Numbered from the stretch's first letter, positions 10,296 through 23,127 are shown. The stretch: 64,000 nucleotides of DNA from an uncultured delta proteobacterium (GCA_963745035.1 CAVUVW010000027.1:299743-363742), one strand, 5' to 3'. Notes: generated from the sequence alone by a model not told the origin. Program-made: numbers and translations.

Positions 10296-10438
10296 GAGGA
10301 GGATACTGTTCGATGACGATTGCGGAGTCAACCGCGTGCGAGAAAATTCACGCGCCGGTCGGGAGCGGCGCGGTTATCCGCGATCTAAACGCGATCGCGG
10401 CGCAATTCCTCCGGAGCAAAGACAGCGACCGAGTTCTA

Positions 10439-10504
10439 CGAGGATAGAGATCGAGGATGGAAGATCGTCTTTTTCGATCCTCGATCCTCCATCTTCAATC
10501 CTCG
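10439..10504. repeat. Inverted heptamer tandem repeat (ATCCTCG-type) immediately 3' of smc
   Basis: cgaggatagagatcgaggatggaagatcg ... cgatcctcgatcctccatcttcaatcctcg. Confidence 0.75.
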
Positions 10505-10507
10505 ACC

Positions 10508-13500
10508 CTAATGCATATAGACGGAGACGACCTTGGAAACTCCAGGCTCCGCCATGGTGATGCCGTAGAGCACTTCGGCGGCCTGCATGGTTTTCTTGTT
10601 GTGGGTGACGAGCACGAACTGCGAATGCTCGCTCAGCTCTTTGACCATCTCGGTGAAGCGGTCGAGGTTGGCGTCGTCGAGCGGCGCGTCGACCTCGTCG
10701 AGAAAGCAGAACGGGCTGGGCTTGGTGAGAAAAATGGCGAACAAGAGGCTCACGGCGGTGAGCGCTTTTTCGCCGCCCGAAAGCAGCGTAATCGATTGCA
10801 GCTTTTTGCCCGGCGGCTGCACGATGATGTCGACACCGGTTTCCAAAAAATCGTTCTCGTCGGTGAGCACGAGCTTGGCCTTGCCGCCGCGAAACAGCCG
10901 GGGAAAGATCGCTTCGAACTTTTCGTTGATGGCGTCGAAGCTTTCTTTGAAACGCAGGCGGCAGATCCGGTTGAGCTTGACGATAGTCTGCTGCAAGTCG
11001 GCGATGGCGCGCTCCAAATCCTCTTTCTGCCGGCTCATGAAGCCGAAGCGCTCGGTCAGCTCCTCGTACTCGCCGATGGCCGCGAGATTCACTTCGCCCA
11101 TGCGCTCCAAGCGGCCGCGCAGATCGTCGATTGCGGCCGTGAGCTCGGCTTGGGACGGCGAATTCTCCGGGCAGGCGAGCGCTTCCAGCGCGACGTCGTA
11201 TTTTTCTCGCAAATTGGCCGCCAGATGCTGCAACTCGAGGCGCTGCTCGGCGAGCGCCAACTGAATGCGGCTTTTGTCTTCCTGGCAAGCTTCCACTTGC
11301 GGGCGCAGTTCTTTGATGGTCTCGCCGATCTCGGCCAGACGCATGGAAATCTCGCGGTATTTCCGCCGGTCGGCCTGGAGCCGCTCTTCCATCCGTTCGA
11401 GCGCGCCGCGATTGTCGTCGAGCGCCGCGCAGCACTGCGCCAAAGCTTGCTCGGTGTCGCGACGGCGCTGCTGGAAGTCGGCAATCTGACCCTGCCGCGC
11501 GGCGATTTCCCGAGCGGATTCTTCCTGGAGCTTGAGCCGGTCGGCCAGATTGGTGCGGGTGTTTTCGCGTTTTTCGCTCAGAGCCGCGTTGCGCACACGC
11601 GATTGCGTGACCGCGCCGTCGGCCGCCTGCAGCGATCCGCCAAGCTCTGCAAGCTCGGCCTGCTTTTGCGCCAGCGTCTGTTCGCGCGCGGCTTTTTCTT
11701 GCGCGCATGATTGCCCGCGCGCGCGGCAGCTTGCCGTTTCTTCATCGAGAAGCTCGACGGCGGCGGTGAGATCGCTTTGTTCCTGGCCGAGGATGTGCGC
11801 GGTTTGCCCCAGCCGTTCGCACGCCTGAACGGCGGCGCGATGTTCGTGCTCCAAGCGCACCTTTTCGAGCTCCAGCCGATGGATCTCGGCGCCGAGAACG
11901 ACTTTTTTGGTTTCGGCTTGTTCGACTTCGTGCTTGAGTTTGTCGCCTTCCCGCTCTTCGCCGGAGAGCTGGGCTTCGCGCTCGGCGAGAACCGCGTTCA
12001 GCTCGCGAATGCGGCGGCGCTGCGCTAGAAAGCTCCCTTCGAGCGACGCGCCGCTGCCGCCGGTAACGGTGCCGACCTGATCGATAACTTCGCCTTCGGG
12101 CGTCACCAGGGTGCTGTGATAGCCGTTGCGGTTCCACAGCGACAGGCCCGCTTGCAGATCTTGCACGAGCACCACGTCGGCGAGCAGATACTCGGCGATG
12201 TCGCGATAGCCGTCTTTGATGGAAATCATGTCCATCAGCGGCGCAATCACCTCGGTCTCTCCCAACGGCAGTTCATTGGTCGGTTTACGCGACTGTTCGA
12301 GGGGAATGAAGCTGCCGCGGCCCGACGCCTGGCTCTTGAGAAATTCGATCGCCTCCAGACCTTCCTGGTGGCTCTTGACGATCACGTACTGGAGCCGGTC
12401 GCCGAGCACGGCGGTCAGCGCTTTTTCATAGTGCTCCGGCGCTTCCAGGACCTCGGCGACCAGACCATGAATACCGTTGGGCGCCGCTTCCTGCTGCTTT
12501 TTGAGCATGATCGCGCGCACGCCCTCCTGGTAGCCTTCGTAGTTCTTTTGCAGCTCTTCGAAGGACAAGAGGCGCGAGCGGTTTTCCTGAATCTGTTCTT
12601 TGAGCGCGGCGATCTTGGCTTCCTGCTCTTCGCGGCTCCTGCTCAAGCTTTGCAGCGCCGCGCTCGCCTGAGCGGCCTCGATGGCGCGCTCGCGCGCCTG
12701 GCTCGGCGCAGGCGGTCAAGGCGCGAGCGCCCGCGCCTCGGGCTTCCTCGCAGGCGGCGAGCTCGGTCGAGACCTGGGCCAGCTCCTCGCGGCTACGCGC
12801 CAGCTCGGCAGAGATCTCTCCATGGCGCCGTTCTTTGGCGAGCGCCTCGTTGTTTAAATTCGCAATCTGGTTGGCGGCGTCGATCAGCGCCGCCTTCTCC
12901 TGATCGACCTCGGTCTGGAGCGCGCGCATGCGCGCCTGCAGCGCCGCAAGCTCGCTTTCTTTGTCGCGCAGAAAGGACTCTTCGAAGAGCGAAAGCTGGA
13001 TGAAGCTTTCCTTGGCGCTGTGGAGCTCGGCCACTTCCTGGGCGAGCATCTGGGTGCGCGCTTCAAGCTGGGCCAGTGCAGCGCGCGTTTCGCCCTCGGC
13101 CTGCTCCAGTTGAGCCAAATCCTTGTTGAGAAACTCGCGCCGCTGCTCGTCGCTCTGAATCGCCGCGCGGCGCTGGTACACGTTTTCCTGCTGCGTGCCG
13201 AGCTCGCGCTCGGCTTCGAGCAAAGCCAGCCGGACCGATTCACTTTCCGCCTCTTGGCCGTGCAGCGAGGCGAGGCGCTCCGCCAAGCGATTCTCGACGC
13301 CGGCGAGCTCGCTTTCCTGGCGCGCGATTTCTCCTGTGAAGGCTTCGCGCTGCAAAAAACTCCCGGCAAGTTCTTTTTCTTTGAGCTCGGCCTTGAGCGC
13401 GCGATAACGTTCGGCCTTCTTGGCCTGCAATTCCATGGACCGAATCTGGCGCTCGATCTCGCGCACGATGTCGTTCAGGCGCAAGAGGTTTTGCTGAGTG

Positions 13501-14057
13501 CGTTCGAGCTTCTTTTCGGCGACGATCTTGCGGCTCTTGTACTTGCTCGTGCCGGCGGCTTCTTCGATCAAGCCGCGCCGTTCCTCGGGTTTGGCATTGA
13601 CCAGCTCATCGACTTTGCCCTGCTCGACGATCGAGTAGGCCTTGCTGCCGACGCCGGTTCCTAAAAAAAGCTCGACCACGTCTTTTAGCCGACAATTTAC
13701 CTTGTTGATCGCATACTCCGATTCGCCGGAGCGAAACAGCCGTCGCGTTACCATGATCTCGCTGAAGTTGGCGTACTCGGCGGGACCGCGGCCGTCTTCG
13801 TTGTCAAAGATAATCGAGACTTCGGCCATGCCGGTGGCTGGCAGGCTGTCACTGCCGTTGAACACCACGTCTTCCATCTGATGGCCGCGCAGGTGCCGGG
13901 CGCTCTGCTCGCCCATCGCCCAACGCAGGGCGTCGACGATGTTGGACTTGCCGCAGCCGTTGGGTCCCACCACTGCGGTGATACCGGGGTTCATCTCCAC
14001 GACGGTGCGCTGAGCAAAGGATTTGAAGCCGATCATCTCAAGGCGTTTTAAACGCAT
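10508..14057 (-). CDS. smc: Chromosome segregation protein SMC (one apparent frameshift near 12700, probably a sequencing indel)
   Basis: N-terminal [14 protein letters not shown] (ORF 12426..14057); hinge GRGSFIPL and C-terminal [24 protein letters not shown] (ORF 10508..12646). Confidence 0.95.
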
Positions 14058-14148
14058 AGAAGCTCTATATTATGGAACTTTTTGGCACTTCTGGGCGGCG
14101 ATTTGCTCCCCATACTTCCACAGGTGAACCGAGCTGTCAAGGACAAAA

Positions 14149-14195
14149 TCACAATATGCGGGGGAGTAGAAATTGGCTACCGCAAGATATGGGCT
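14149..14195. promoter_or_regulatory. Tandem NrdR-like boxes upstream of smc
   Basis: tcaCaAtATgcgGggg (14149-14164) and ccgCaAgATaTgGgct (14180-14195) versus consensus acaCwAtATaTwGtgt; 31-bp spacing; next to minus-strand TTGACA at 14135-14140. Confidence 0.6.
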
Positions 14196-14296
14196 GAGGC
14201 GTCTGATGCGCCGAGCCAGCACGACCAGAGCCCCTTTTGTCCGGCTCTTATGTCCCCGGCAACCCCGCCGGTGACTGCCGGATGGCAGTTATAAAA

Positions 14297-14929
14297 CTAC
14301 ATTTCAAGAAGCTCGGTGTTCCAGTAGGACACGTCGACGGTGTTGAGGAAGGGCATCCACTCTTTGTAGCGCGACATGCTGAAGGTTTCCTGCATGAACG
14401 GCGTCCATTGCGGCTTTAGCGGCCTGCGCACGAGCGGCATGCTCGCCTGAATGGGCGTCCTGCCGCCTTTGCGCCGATTGCAAACATGGCAGGAGCATAC
14501 GACGTTTTCCCAGGTCGAAGTGCCGCCTTGCGAGCGCGGGATGACATGATCCAGGTTGAGTTCCTGGCGCGGCAGGCGGCGGCCGCAGTATTGGCACGTG
14601 CACTTGTCGCGCGCGTAGATGTTGTACCGGCTGAAGCGCACTTGGCGTTTGGGCACGCGGTCATAGCTCACCAGTAAAATCACGCGCGGCACCCGGATTA
14701 CGCGATTGACCAGTCCAATGGTCTCGTCGTGGGCGGAGAGCGAGAGATCGCTCCAGCTCTCAAAGTCGAAAGTCTGGTATTGTTCGTTGACCGCCTTGGC
14801 GATTCCCTGGTAGAGCAGCACAAAGCCGCGGCGCACGGAAGTGACGTGGATCGGCAGATAGGAGCGATTGAGGATCAGGACTTTGGTGTTGAGGATACCG
14901 TACGCGGGCACTGTGGCCGGATAACTCAT
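14297..14929 (-). CDS. HNH endonuclease (McrA-like; widespread VLILNxSYxP family)
   Basis: VLILNRSYLP, FSRYNIYARDKCTCQYCG, LNLDHVIPRSQGG..TWENVVCSCHVCNRRKG. Confidence 0.9.
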   Translation of the reverse strand: MSYPATVPAYGILNTKVLILNRSYLPIHVTSVRRGFVLLYQGIAKAVNEQYQTFDFESWSDLSLSAHDETIGLVNRVIRVPRVILLVSYDRVPKRQVRFSRYNIYARDKCTCQYCGRRLPRQELNLDHVIPRSQGGTSTWENVVCSCHVCNRRKGGRTPIQASMPLVRRPLKPQWTPFMQETFSMSRYKEWMPFLNTVDVSYWNTELLEM

Positions 14930-15165
14930 AGGCTTTCAATACTTTTTCTTGGAATCCCGGGGGTCATGGGTACTTCCGTAAAAGTAGCGGGCCGCGCCGT
15001 GGTTGTCAATTCGCGCGGCAGCCCCGCGCGTCGCCCTTGCTTGAAGTGGATCATAAATTCCACTATAAACACAGCTAATTCGTGCGTGTTTCCAGCGGCT
15101 CACCGCGCCACCCCGTGGCTCCTTCTCACATACTCCCGCCGTTTTAAGCCGAGTTTAGCGATTCT

Positions 15166-16677
15166 ATGAAGCAAGAAATTTATATAAGTTCGACGCCCCA
15201 AGAAAGCCGCATCGCCCTCATGGAGGACGGTCTGTTGGCCGAGTTTCTGATCGAGAGAAAGGAAGAGATGGGCGTCGCCGGAAATATTTACAAAGGCAAG
15301 GTGGCCCGGGTGCTGCCCGGCATGCAGGCTGCCTTCGTCGAAATAGGCATGGAAAAAGCCGGGTTTCTTCACGCGTCGGACTTTTCCAGTGAGCCCGAAG
15401 ACGCGCAGCTGTTGACCGCGGGGGACGAGGTCGAGTTTGCCGAGCCGCCGCCGAGGCCGCAATCTTCGCGCCGTCTGCCGCTCGAAAAGCAAATCTCGCG
15501 AGGCGAAGAAGTTCTCGTTCAAGTCGCCAAAGATCCTCTCGGAACCAAAGGCGCAAGGGTGACCTCGCACGTGTCGCTGCCGGGCCGCTACATGGTCTTC
15601 ATGCCGGGAACGAAGCACATCGGCATTTCCCGCCGGATCGAGAGCGAGGAGGAGCGCAAGCGGCTGAAAGAAATCGCCCAATCGTTGAGAAATGAAAGCG
15701 GCGGGTTTATCTTGCGCACCGCCTGCGAAGGGCGCAGCAAGCGCGAGCTGCAGCGCGATCTCGCCTTTCTCACCCGGTTGTGGAAAGGCATCCAGAAGAA
15801 AGCTCAGAGCGCCGCCGCGCCGGCGCTGATTCATCAAGATCTCGATCTTATCACCCGGGCGATTCGGGATTTCTTCTCCAACGACACGGAGCGGGTGGTA
15901 ATCGACTCGCCCAAGGACCACCGGCGTGTTCTCGATTTCGTACGCCACTTCATGCCGCGGCTGACCTCGAAGATCGTCGCCTATACCGCCAAGGAGCCGC
16001 TATTCGAGCAGCAAGGCATCGAGGAGAAAGTCGTCAAGGCTTTGGATCGCCGGGTTTGGCTGCGCTCGGGCGGTTATATCATCATCGAACGGACCGAAGC
16101 GCTCACCGCGGTGGACGTCAATACCGGCCGGTTCGTCGGCAAGCGCAGTCAGGAAGAGACAATATTCAAAACCAATCTCGAGGCCACCCAGGAGGTCGTG
16201 CGCCAGCTGCGCCTGCGAAACGTCGGCGGGATCATCATCATCGATTTCATCGATATGGAAAAGGAGGGCAACCGGAAAAAGGTTTATGACGCCCTCAAAG
16301 AGGCGCTCAAAAAAGACAAGGCGCGCACCAACATTCTAAAAATCTCCGAGCTCGGGCTGGTCGAAATGACCCGCCAGCGCACGCGCGAGAGTCTGGAGAA
16401 TCAGCTACTGCGCCCCTGCCCGCACTGCGACGGCCGGGGACGGATCAAATCCGCGGCGACGGTCGCCTACGACGTTTTGCGCGCGATCAAGCGTCAGCAG
16501 GGGCAAATGGAAAACGGCAAAAATATCGTCATCCGTCTCCACCCCGACATCGCCAATTTTCTCTATGACGAGAAAAACAACAGCCTGGAAAATCTCGAGC
16601 GCGAGATCAACCACCGGATCATCATCAAGGCCAGCCACGAACTGCACCACGAGAAATATGAAATCGCCGAGGCGTAG
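15166..16677 (+). CDS. rng: Rne/Rng family ribonuclease (RNase G-sized)
   Basis: GNIYKGKVARVLPGMQAAFVEIG, QVAKDPLGTKGARVT, AVDVNTG, LRLRNVGGIIIIDFIDM, CPHCDGRG. Confidence 0.92.
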   Translation: MKQEIYISSTPQESRIALMEDGLLAEFLIERKEEMGVAGNIYKGKVARVLPGMQAAFVEIGMEKAGFLHASDFSSEPEDAQLLTAGDEVEFAEPPPRPQSSRRLPLEKQISRGEEVLVQVAKDPLGTKGARVTSHVSLPGRYMVFMPGTKHIGISRRIESEEERKRLKEIAQSLRNESGGFILRTACEGRSKRELQRDLAFLTRLWKGIQKKAQSAAAPALIHQDLDLITRAIRDFFSNDTERVVIDSPKDHRRVLDFVRHFMPRLTSKIVAYTAKEPLFEQQGIEEKVVKALDRRVWLRSGGYIIIERTEALTAVDVNTGRFVGKRSQEETIFKTNLEATQEVVRQLRLRNVGGIIIIDFIDMEKEGNRKKVYDALKEALKKDKARTNILKISELGLVEMTRQRTRESLENQLLRPCPHCDGRGRIKSAATVAYDVLRAIKRQQGQMENGKNIVIRLHPDIANFLYDEKNNSLENLEREINHRIIIKASHELHHEKYEIAEA

Positions 16678-16679
16678 GC

Positions 16680-17327
16680 TCAACTCTTCGGCCATGCATG
16701 AATGTCGGCGTCGCGCCTGAGCTTCTTCGGATCGTAAGTTTCCCAGTGGGTGAACGCGGCCGAGCTGCGTCTTGGCTTGGCCTTGGGCCAGCTCCGCGCG
16801 TGGCCGATCGGCACCACCCACAGAAGGCGCAGCTCCGGCGGCACCTGAAACATTTCTCTTAGTTCCGGCTCGACTTCTTCGCGCACCGAGACCCAGACCG
16901 TGCCGAGATTCATGCTCGCCGCCGCGAGCATCATCTGCTGCACCGCGTTGGCGATGCTCGCCTGAAAAAGTTTCTCGCGATCGGCGGCTTGGCGGGTGGT
17001 CAAGTAAACCTGTTTGGTGCGCGCGTCGCCGCACACCACCACCAGCACGCTCACGTCGCCGACGTAGTCTTTCTTAAGCCCTTTGTAGTGGACCGGATCT
17101 TCGAGTTTTCGCTGCTTCCATTCGTTGGAGTAAATCTGGCGCACCCGGGTCATCTTCTTGCGATCGCGGGTGACGACGAATTCCCACGGCTGGGTGTTGG
17201 CGCCGGAAGGCGCCCAGCGCGCGGCTTCGAGAATCGCCTCCAGTTGTTTGTCCGATACTTTGCCGGTTTTATAAACCCGCACGCTGCGGCGAGTGCGGAT
17301 GATGCTCAACAGTTGGTCAGTTTTCAT
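16680..17327 (-). CDS. Nitroreductase family protein
   Basis: RTRRSVRVY, ILEAARWAPSGANTQPWEF, QMMLAAASMNLGTVW; RBS GAGGA upstream of ATG 17327. Confidence 0.88.
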   Translation of the reverse strand: MKTDQLLSIIRTRRSVRVYKTGKVSDKQLEAILEAARWAPSGANTQPWEFVVTRDRKKMTRVRQIYSNEWKQRKLEDPVHYKGLKKDYVGDVSVLVVVCGDARTKQVYLTTRQAADREKLFQASIANAVQQMMLAAASMNLGTVWVSVREEVEPELREMFQVPPELRLLWVVPIGHARSWPKAKPRRSSAAFTHWETYDPKKLRRDADIHAWPKS

Positions 17328-17633
17328 GACGATCTTCCTCATGTTCGTGTACGTTGACCTGAGACAGGTGGCTTCTCTATAACAGCAACGCGTGGGCTCC
17401 TCCAACCGGTAAGGGTGTTTGTGCGCCGAAAACGCGTAATGAAGCGCACCAGCGATGCGGCCAAATTCCGGATCGAGAGCAAAGAGAGGGATCGGCAAAA
17501 TAGCCGTTGACTCAAGTGGGGTGAATAGGTAGGTATGCTTTGGTTTTAATGCCTGACATAGTCCACCTATTTCCCGATGGGTTAGATCGGAGGAAGGTCT
17601 GGTACTCTCTGACGCAAAGCGAGGCGAGCAGCG

Positions 17634-18788
<1,155 letters not shown>

Positions 18789-18815
18789 CCGTAGTTTTCT
18801 GCACGAGCTGCGAAT

Positions 18816-18906
18816 GATCCTCGCTACCGCTCGGAATGACAACTAAAATAAACCGTCTGTCATCTCGAACCCTCGAAATACTCAGGATAAACTCCGTGAG
18901 AGATCT
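18816..18906. repeat. Palindromic element of the GTCATTCC/GGAATGAC family
   Basis: GATCCTCGCTACCGCTCGGAATGAC ... GTCATCTCGAAC...GAGAGATCT; related copies at 29564, 41460, 21964 and 37801. Confidence 0.7.
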
Positions 18907-18947
18907 TCCCAAAATGAAAACGACGCAGATTTCTGAGAGGATTGACG

Positions 18948-20691
18948 ATGGAAGCGGTACTGAGAATGCCTCGCCAGTTCGTGATCCGCTTGCGCACATC
19001 GCCGCTCTTGTTGGCCCTGGCCGCGGCGCCGATGCTGGTCATTCTCATTCTGGTCGCGGCGCTCATCTGGATCAGCTTCCAGACCGGCGTCGTCGGGACG
19101 CCCAAGGCGATTTACACGGTAAAGAACTATCGCCGAGATTCTCGGCGATCCGTTCGTCCTCAAAGTCTTTTGGAATACGCTGATTTTTACTCTGGCTACG
19201 ACTTTTACCGCGCTCGCCTTCGGGCTGCCGATCGCCTGGTTGACCGAGCGCACCACCATGCCGGGTAAAGGTCTTGTCTATACGATTATGACCTTGGGAC
19301 TCCTCATCCCGGGAATTTACACGGCGATGGGCTGGACGTTCATCGCCCACGTGCGCATCGGGTTATCTGAATCGATGGCTCATGGACGTCATTCGCGCTC
19401 GAACAGGGACCGATCAATATCGCCACGCCGGTGGGCATGGGACTCGTGCAGGGGCTCAATTTGACGGCGCTGGCATTCATTCTGACCGCGCAAATGTTTC
19501 GCGCCATGAATCCATCGCTCGAAGAGGCCGCCAAAATTCACGGCATGAGCTTTGCCGGCACCGTGCGAAGGATCACCTTGCCGCTGGCGTTCCCGGCAAT
19601 TCTGGCGGCGTTCATCTACATGCTGACCATCGGAATCGCGACTTTTGACGTCCCGGCGATCATCGGTCTCGGCAATCGCATCTACATGCTCAGCACCTAC
19701 GTCTATTTGAAAGCCAATCCGCCGGACAGCGGTTTGCCGCAGCACGGCGTCACGGCCGCCTTGGGCACGGTGATGATTCTACTCGCGCTCCTGCTTACTT
19801 GGTGGTACAGCCAGGTGCTCAGGCAGGGTCATCGTTACGAAGTGATCACAGGCAAAGGTTACCGGCCTACTTTGATCCATATCGGCCGCTGGTCCGTGCT
19901 TGCCTGGGGACTGATCGCGCTCTATTTTCTCGCCACCAAATTGATTCCGCTCTTGCTGATCGCCTACGCCGCCTTTACGCCGTACCTGGCGCCGCCGTCG
20001 TGGGAAATGCTGGGCAAGCTTTCGCTCGCCGGCTTTCATAACCTCAATTGGGATCTCTTCTGGCGCGGGCTTTACAACACCGTGCTGCTCGTGGTCACGG
20101 TGCCGCTCATCACGTTGGTACTGGCGTTCTGCATTTCCTGGCTGATCGTGCGCTCGCACAGCCGCATGCGCTACGTCCTGGAATTCGGCGCGTTCCTGCC
20201 GCACGCGCTGCCGGAAGTAATCATGGCGATCGGCGCGCTGCTGCTGGCGCTGTTCGTTCTGCCCAAATTCATTCCACTCTACGGCTCGGTCTGGTTGATC
20301 GCCATCGTCTACGTGATTTCCCGACTTGCCTTCGCCACGCGCGCGCTCAACAGCTCGCTGTCTGCAGATCCACAAGGAGCTCGAAGAAGCCGCTTATACC
20401 GCCGGCTTGTCGCCGATCCGAACGTCATGGCGCATTCTCGTGCCGCTCCTTCGTCCGACGCTTATGTCGGTATGGATCTGGTCAGCGATCCTGGTCTACC
20501 GCGAGCTTACCGTGGCGGTCTTTTTGATCAGCCAGGAAAGCATTACCTTGCCGGCGGTGATCTGGAGTTACTGGTTCTCCGGAGCGATCAACCAGGCGGC
20601 GGCGGTGACTTTGCTGATGACTCTCGTGCTCACGCCGCTGATTTTGATCTTTTGGTGGTTCGGCCGGCGCCAGCTCATGCCGGAATCCTAA
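18948..20691 (+). CDS. ABC transporter permease, FbpB-type with two TM domains (frameshifted)
   Basis: Hydrophobic segments; two EAA loops (NPSLEEAAKIHG; HKELEEAAYTAG) in different frames. Confidence 0.82.
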
Positions 20692-20772
20692 CGTTTGCAG
20701 AGATTACGCAATTGGCTCGTCTAAGCTTTGACGGAAGAAATTAACGGCCAGTCAAATCCGAAGGAGGATCCC

Positions 20773-21898
20773 ATGACTCATGATCGAAGGAAAAAGCTTG
20801 GGCTTTGCGCCGCGGTATTCTTCGCCGCCGGTCTATTCGCCATTCCGGCGAGCGACGCGCCGGCCGCGGAGAGCGCCAAAGCGCCGACTACCGCCGAGCT
20901 CGTCGCCAAGGCCAAGAAGGAAACCACCTTCAGAGCGCAGTGGGGCGCCGATACGCTCGACGGCGGGCCGGGCCTGCAGAAAATCATCGCCGCGATGAAC
21001 AAAAAGTATGGACTCAATTTGCAGCCTTCGTTCACGCCCGGCGCGAACATGCAGGGGATGATGGCCAAGATCACGCGCGAACTGGCCGCGGGCCAGCCGT
21101 CCAGCAGCGATGTCTATTTCGGCAACTCGCAATCGATGCTGCAAGCAATGGAAAACCAACCGCTGATCCCGATGGATTGGCGCGCGCTGATCGAGCGCAA
21201 GTTCTTGCCCGAGCCGGGCTTTGATCCGGTGGTGAGCTGGAAACATCGGCGTCGCCATGGCTTCCACCTTGGTCGGCGTCATCTACAACAGCAATTTGGT
21301 CAAGGGCAACGACATCCCGCGCAAGCTCGACGACTTGATGAACTCCAAGTGGAAGGGCAAGATCGCTTCGACGCCTTATGCCGCGGGTTTCAGAGAATTT
21401 GCCATGCCGGAGCTACTGGGCAAGGAGAAAGTCATCGAGTTCGTCAAGAAATACTCCAAGCATATTGCCGGCGTGATTCGCTGCGGTGAGATGGACCGGC
21501 TGACCAGCGGAGAGTTTCTCATGCTCGGGCTCGCCTGCGGCGATCAGGAAGTCAACATCGCCGAGCGCAAGGGCATTCCGCTGGGTTACGCGATCATGGA
21601 AGATGCCACCATTTCCCATACCCGCTACGGCGCGGTGCCGAAGAATTCCCGGGCGCCCAATGCCGCGGCTCTGTTCGTCGCCTTCCTGCACACGCCGGAG
21701 GGCCAGAAGCTCATGTGGGATATCGACGGGCTCGATTTCCACCTTTACCCCGAGTCGAACCAGAAAAAGAAGCTCGATGCGGCCAAAGCGAAAGGCGCCA
21801 AAGTCGTGATCAGCTCGCCGCAATGGCTCAACAAGAACAAGCACTACGACGACACGCAGAAAGAGCTGGAAAAGATTCTTCGCGGCGAGGTTAGCTGA
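20773..21898 (+). CDS. ABC substrate-binding protein, iron/thiamine-type (frameshift near 21240)
   Basis: Signal peptide; GVIYNSNLV..IPRKLDDLMNSKWKGKI; PNAAALFVAFLHTPEGQ; RBS AAGGAGG. Confidence 0.82.
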
Positions 21899-21917
21899 TC
21901 AGCACGGCCACAAAAAC

Positions 21918-21946
21918 GTAGGGGCGGGTTTGAAACCCGCCCCTAC
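21918..21946. repeat. GTAG-family REP palindrome
   Basis: GTAGGGGCGGGTTTGAAACCCGCCCCTAC; identical copy at 41567-41595. Confidence 0.88.
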
Positions 21947-21963
21947 ATTTTCTTTCCGAAGGC

Positions 21964-22041
21964 CGTCATTCCCGCATGCTTTAAGCGGGAATCCAGGCGA
22001 ATCCGGAACTGGCCCCCCGATAAAAACATTCGGGGGTGACG
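21964..22041. repeat. Palindromic element (CGTCATTCCCGC..GCGGGAATCCAG..CTGG..CCCCGA..TCGGGGGTGACG)
   Basis: Two internal hairpins closed by CGTCAT/GTGACG; minimal copy at 37801-37828. Confidence 0.72.
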
Positions 22042-22093
22042 CCTTTAGATGATTCTCATCGTCTTCCACCCCGCAGCTTGCTGCGGGGTGGCG

Positions 22094-22603
22094 TCAGTGA
22101 TACTCGGCGCCGGGTAGCGGATTCTGCACGGCTTCTTCGAGCGTGGTTGCGCGCTTCCATTCGTTCGCCGGCCGGCTGCGGCCGTCGCTGCCGATCTGAT
22201 CCATCGCGGCGTAGATCTCGATTTTGTACCCATCTGGATCGTAGAATTCGAGCCCGGGATTGCCGCCGGGGCCGCGCCTTCCTTCATAGAAAATTGTCAC
22301 GCCCTTGGATTTAAGGAAATCGCGGATTTTGAATAGTTCCGATACCGTGGCGACTTCCAATGCCATGTGGTCGAAGCCCACTTGGCCGCGCTTCGGCAGC
22401 TCGTTCTTTTCCGTCGCCTGGACTAGCGCTACCGTGTGGTGGTCGGTGCTGTTGCGGTAGAACATCATGCCGCCCTCGTTCTTGTCGGAAAACTTGAAGC
22501 CCATGATGTCGGTCCAAAATTTGCCGCTGCGCTCGATATCGCTGACGCTCAGCACTACATGGCCGATTTTTTTGATCTTGATGGGAGATTTTTCTTCCGC
22601 CAT
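22094..22603 (-). CDS. VOC/glyoxalase family protein
   Basis: KIGHVVLSVSD, DHHTVALV, FDHMALEV, EFYDPDGYKIEIY. Confidence 0.88.
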   Translation of the reverse strand: MAEEKSPIKIKKIGHVVLSVSDIERSGKFWTDIMGFKFSDKNEGGMMFYRNSTDHHTVALVQATEKNELPKRGQVGFDHMALEVATVSELFKIRDFLKSKGVTIFYEGRRGPGGNPGLEFYDPDGYKIEIYAAMDQIGSDGRSRPANEWKRATTLEEAVQNPLPGAEYH

Positions 22604-22714
22604 AGAAGGCTCCTTTCTGATTGAAAACTGCGCGAAATTGCCGCGCTGAAAGTAGGGGATTTCTACCACGTACAAAGAATCAAGGCAAAGTCAAAATCAC
22701 CGGCAAACGGCCGG

Positions 22715-23116
22715 CTATTTTCCTTGAAATTTCGAGACCAATTTGCGGCCGTACGAGCGCAAGGTGCTCGGATCCAACGAGCGCCGCTTGAGCATATCGA
22801 GCCGGATCATTTTCCACTGAATGCTCTTGGCGAGCGACCGCCGCTCGCCCTCGTCTTCGACATGCTTGAGCAGATCTTCGAGTATATGAATGTCTTTGCG
22901 CAATTCGACTTCGGGCGGCAGAACATGGGCGTTCTTGAGCACGTGATAGCTGATACGCAAATCCTCCGGCACCCAGCTCCAATCTTCCAGCTCAAGCGGC
23001 TTGCCCTTGCCAGGTAAGTTGTCGAAAGCGCCGGCCCGCTGCGCCTCCAGGATGCGCTGCTCGGCCAGGTTGTGCAGAAATGATACCGCGCCTGTGGGTT
23101 GTCTGGGTCTCTTCAT
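22715..23116 (-). CDS. DUF1992 (DnaJC28-like) protein
   Basis: AEQRILEAQRAGAFDNLPGKGKPL...VPEDLR..YHVLKNA..LPPEVELRK. Confidence 0.85.
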   Translation of the reverse strand: MKRPRQPTGAVSFLHNLAEQRILEAQRAGAFDNLPGKGKPLELEDWSWVPEDLRISYHVLKNAHVLPPEVELRKDIHILEDLLKHVEDEGERRSLAKSIQWKMIRLDMLKRRSLDPSTLRSYGRKLVSKFQGK

Positions 23117-23127
23117 TGTCCACTCTT

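Noticed and set aside
12640-12720. Programmed frameshift or naturally split smc
   Set aside because: No slippery heptamer; removing one base restores a continuous coiled coil; similar indels occur throughout the window
14297-14929. HNH gene as IscB/Cas9-like RNA-guided nuclease or mobile element
   Set aside because: No PLMP or RuvC motifs, no IS ends or omega-RNA-like leader; it belongs to the common stand-alone HNH family in a housekeeping context
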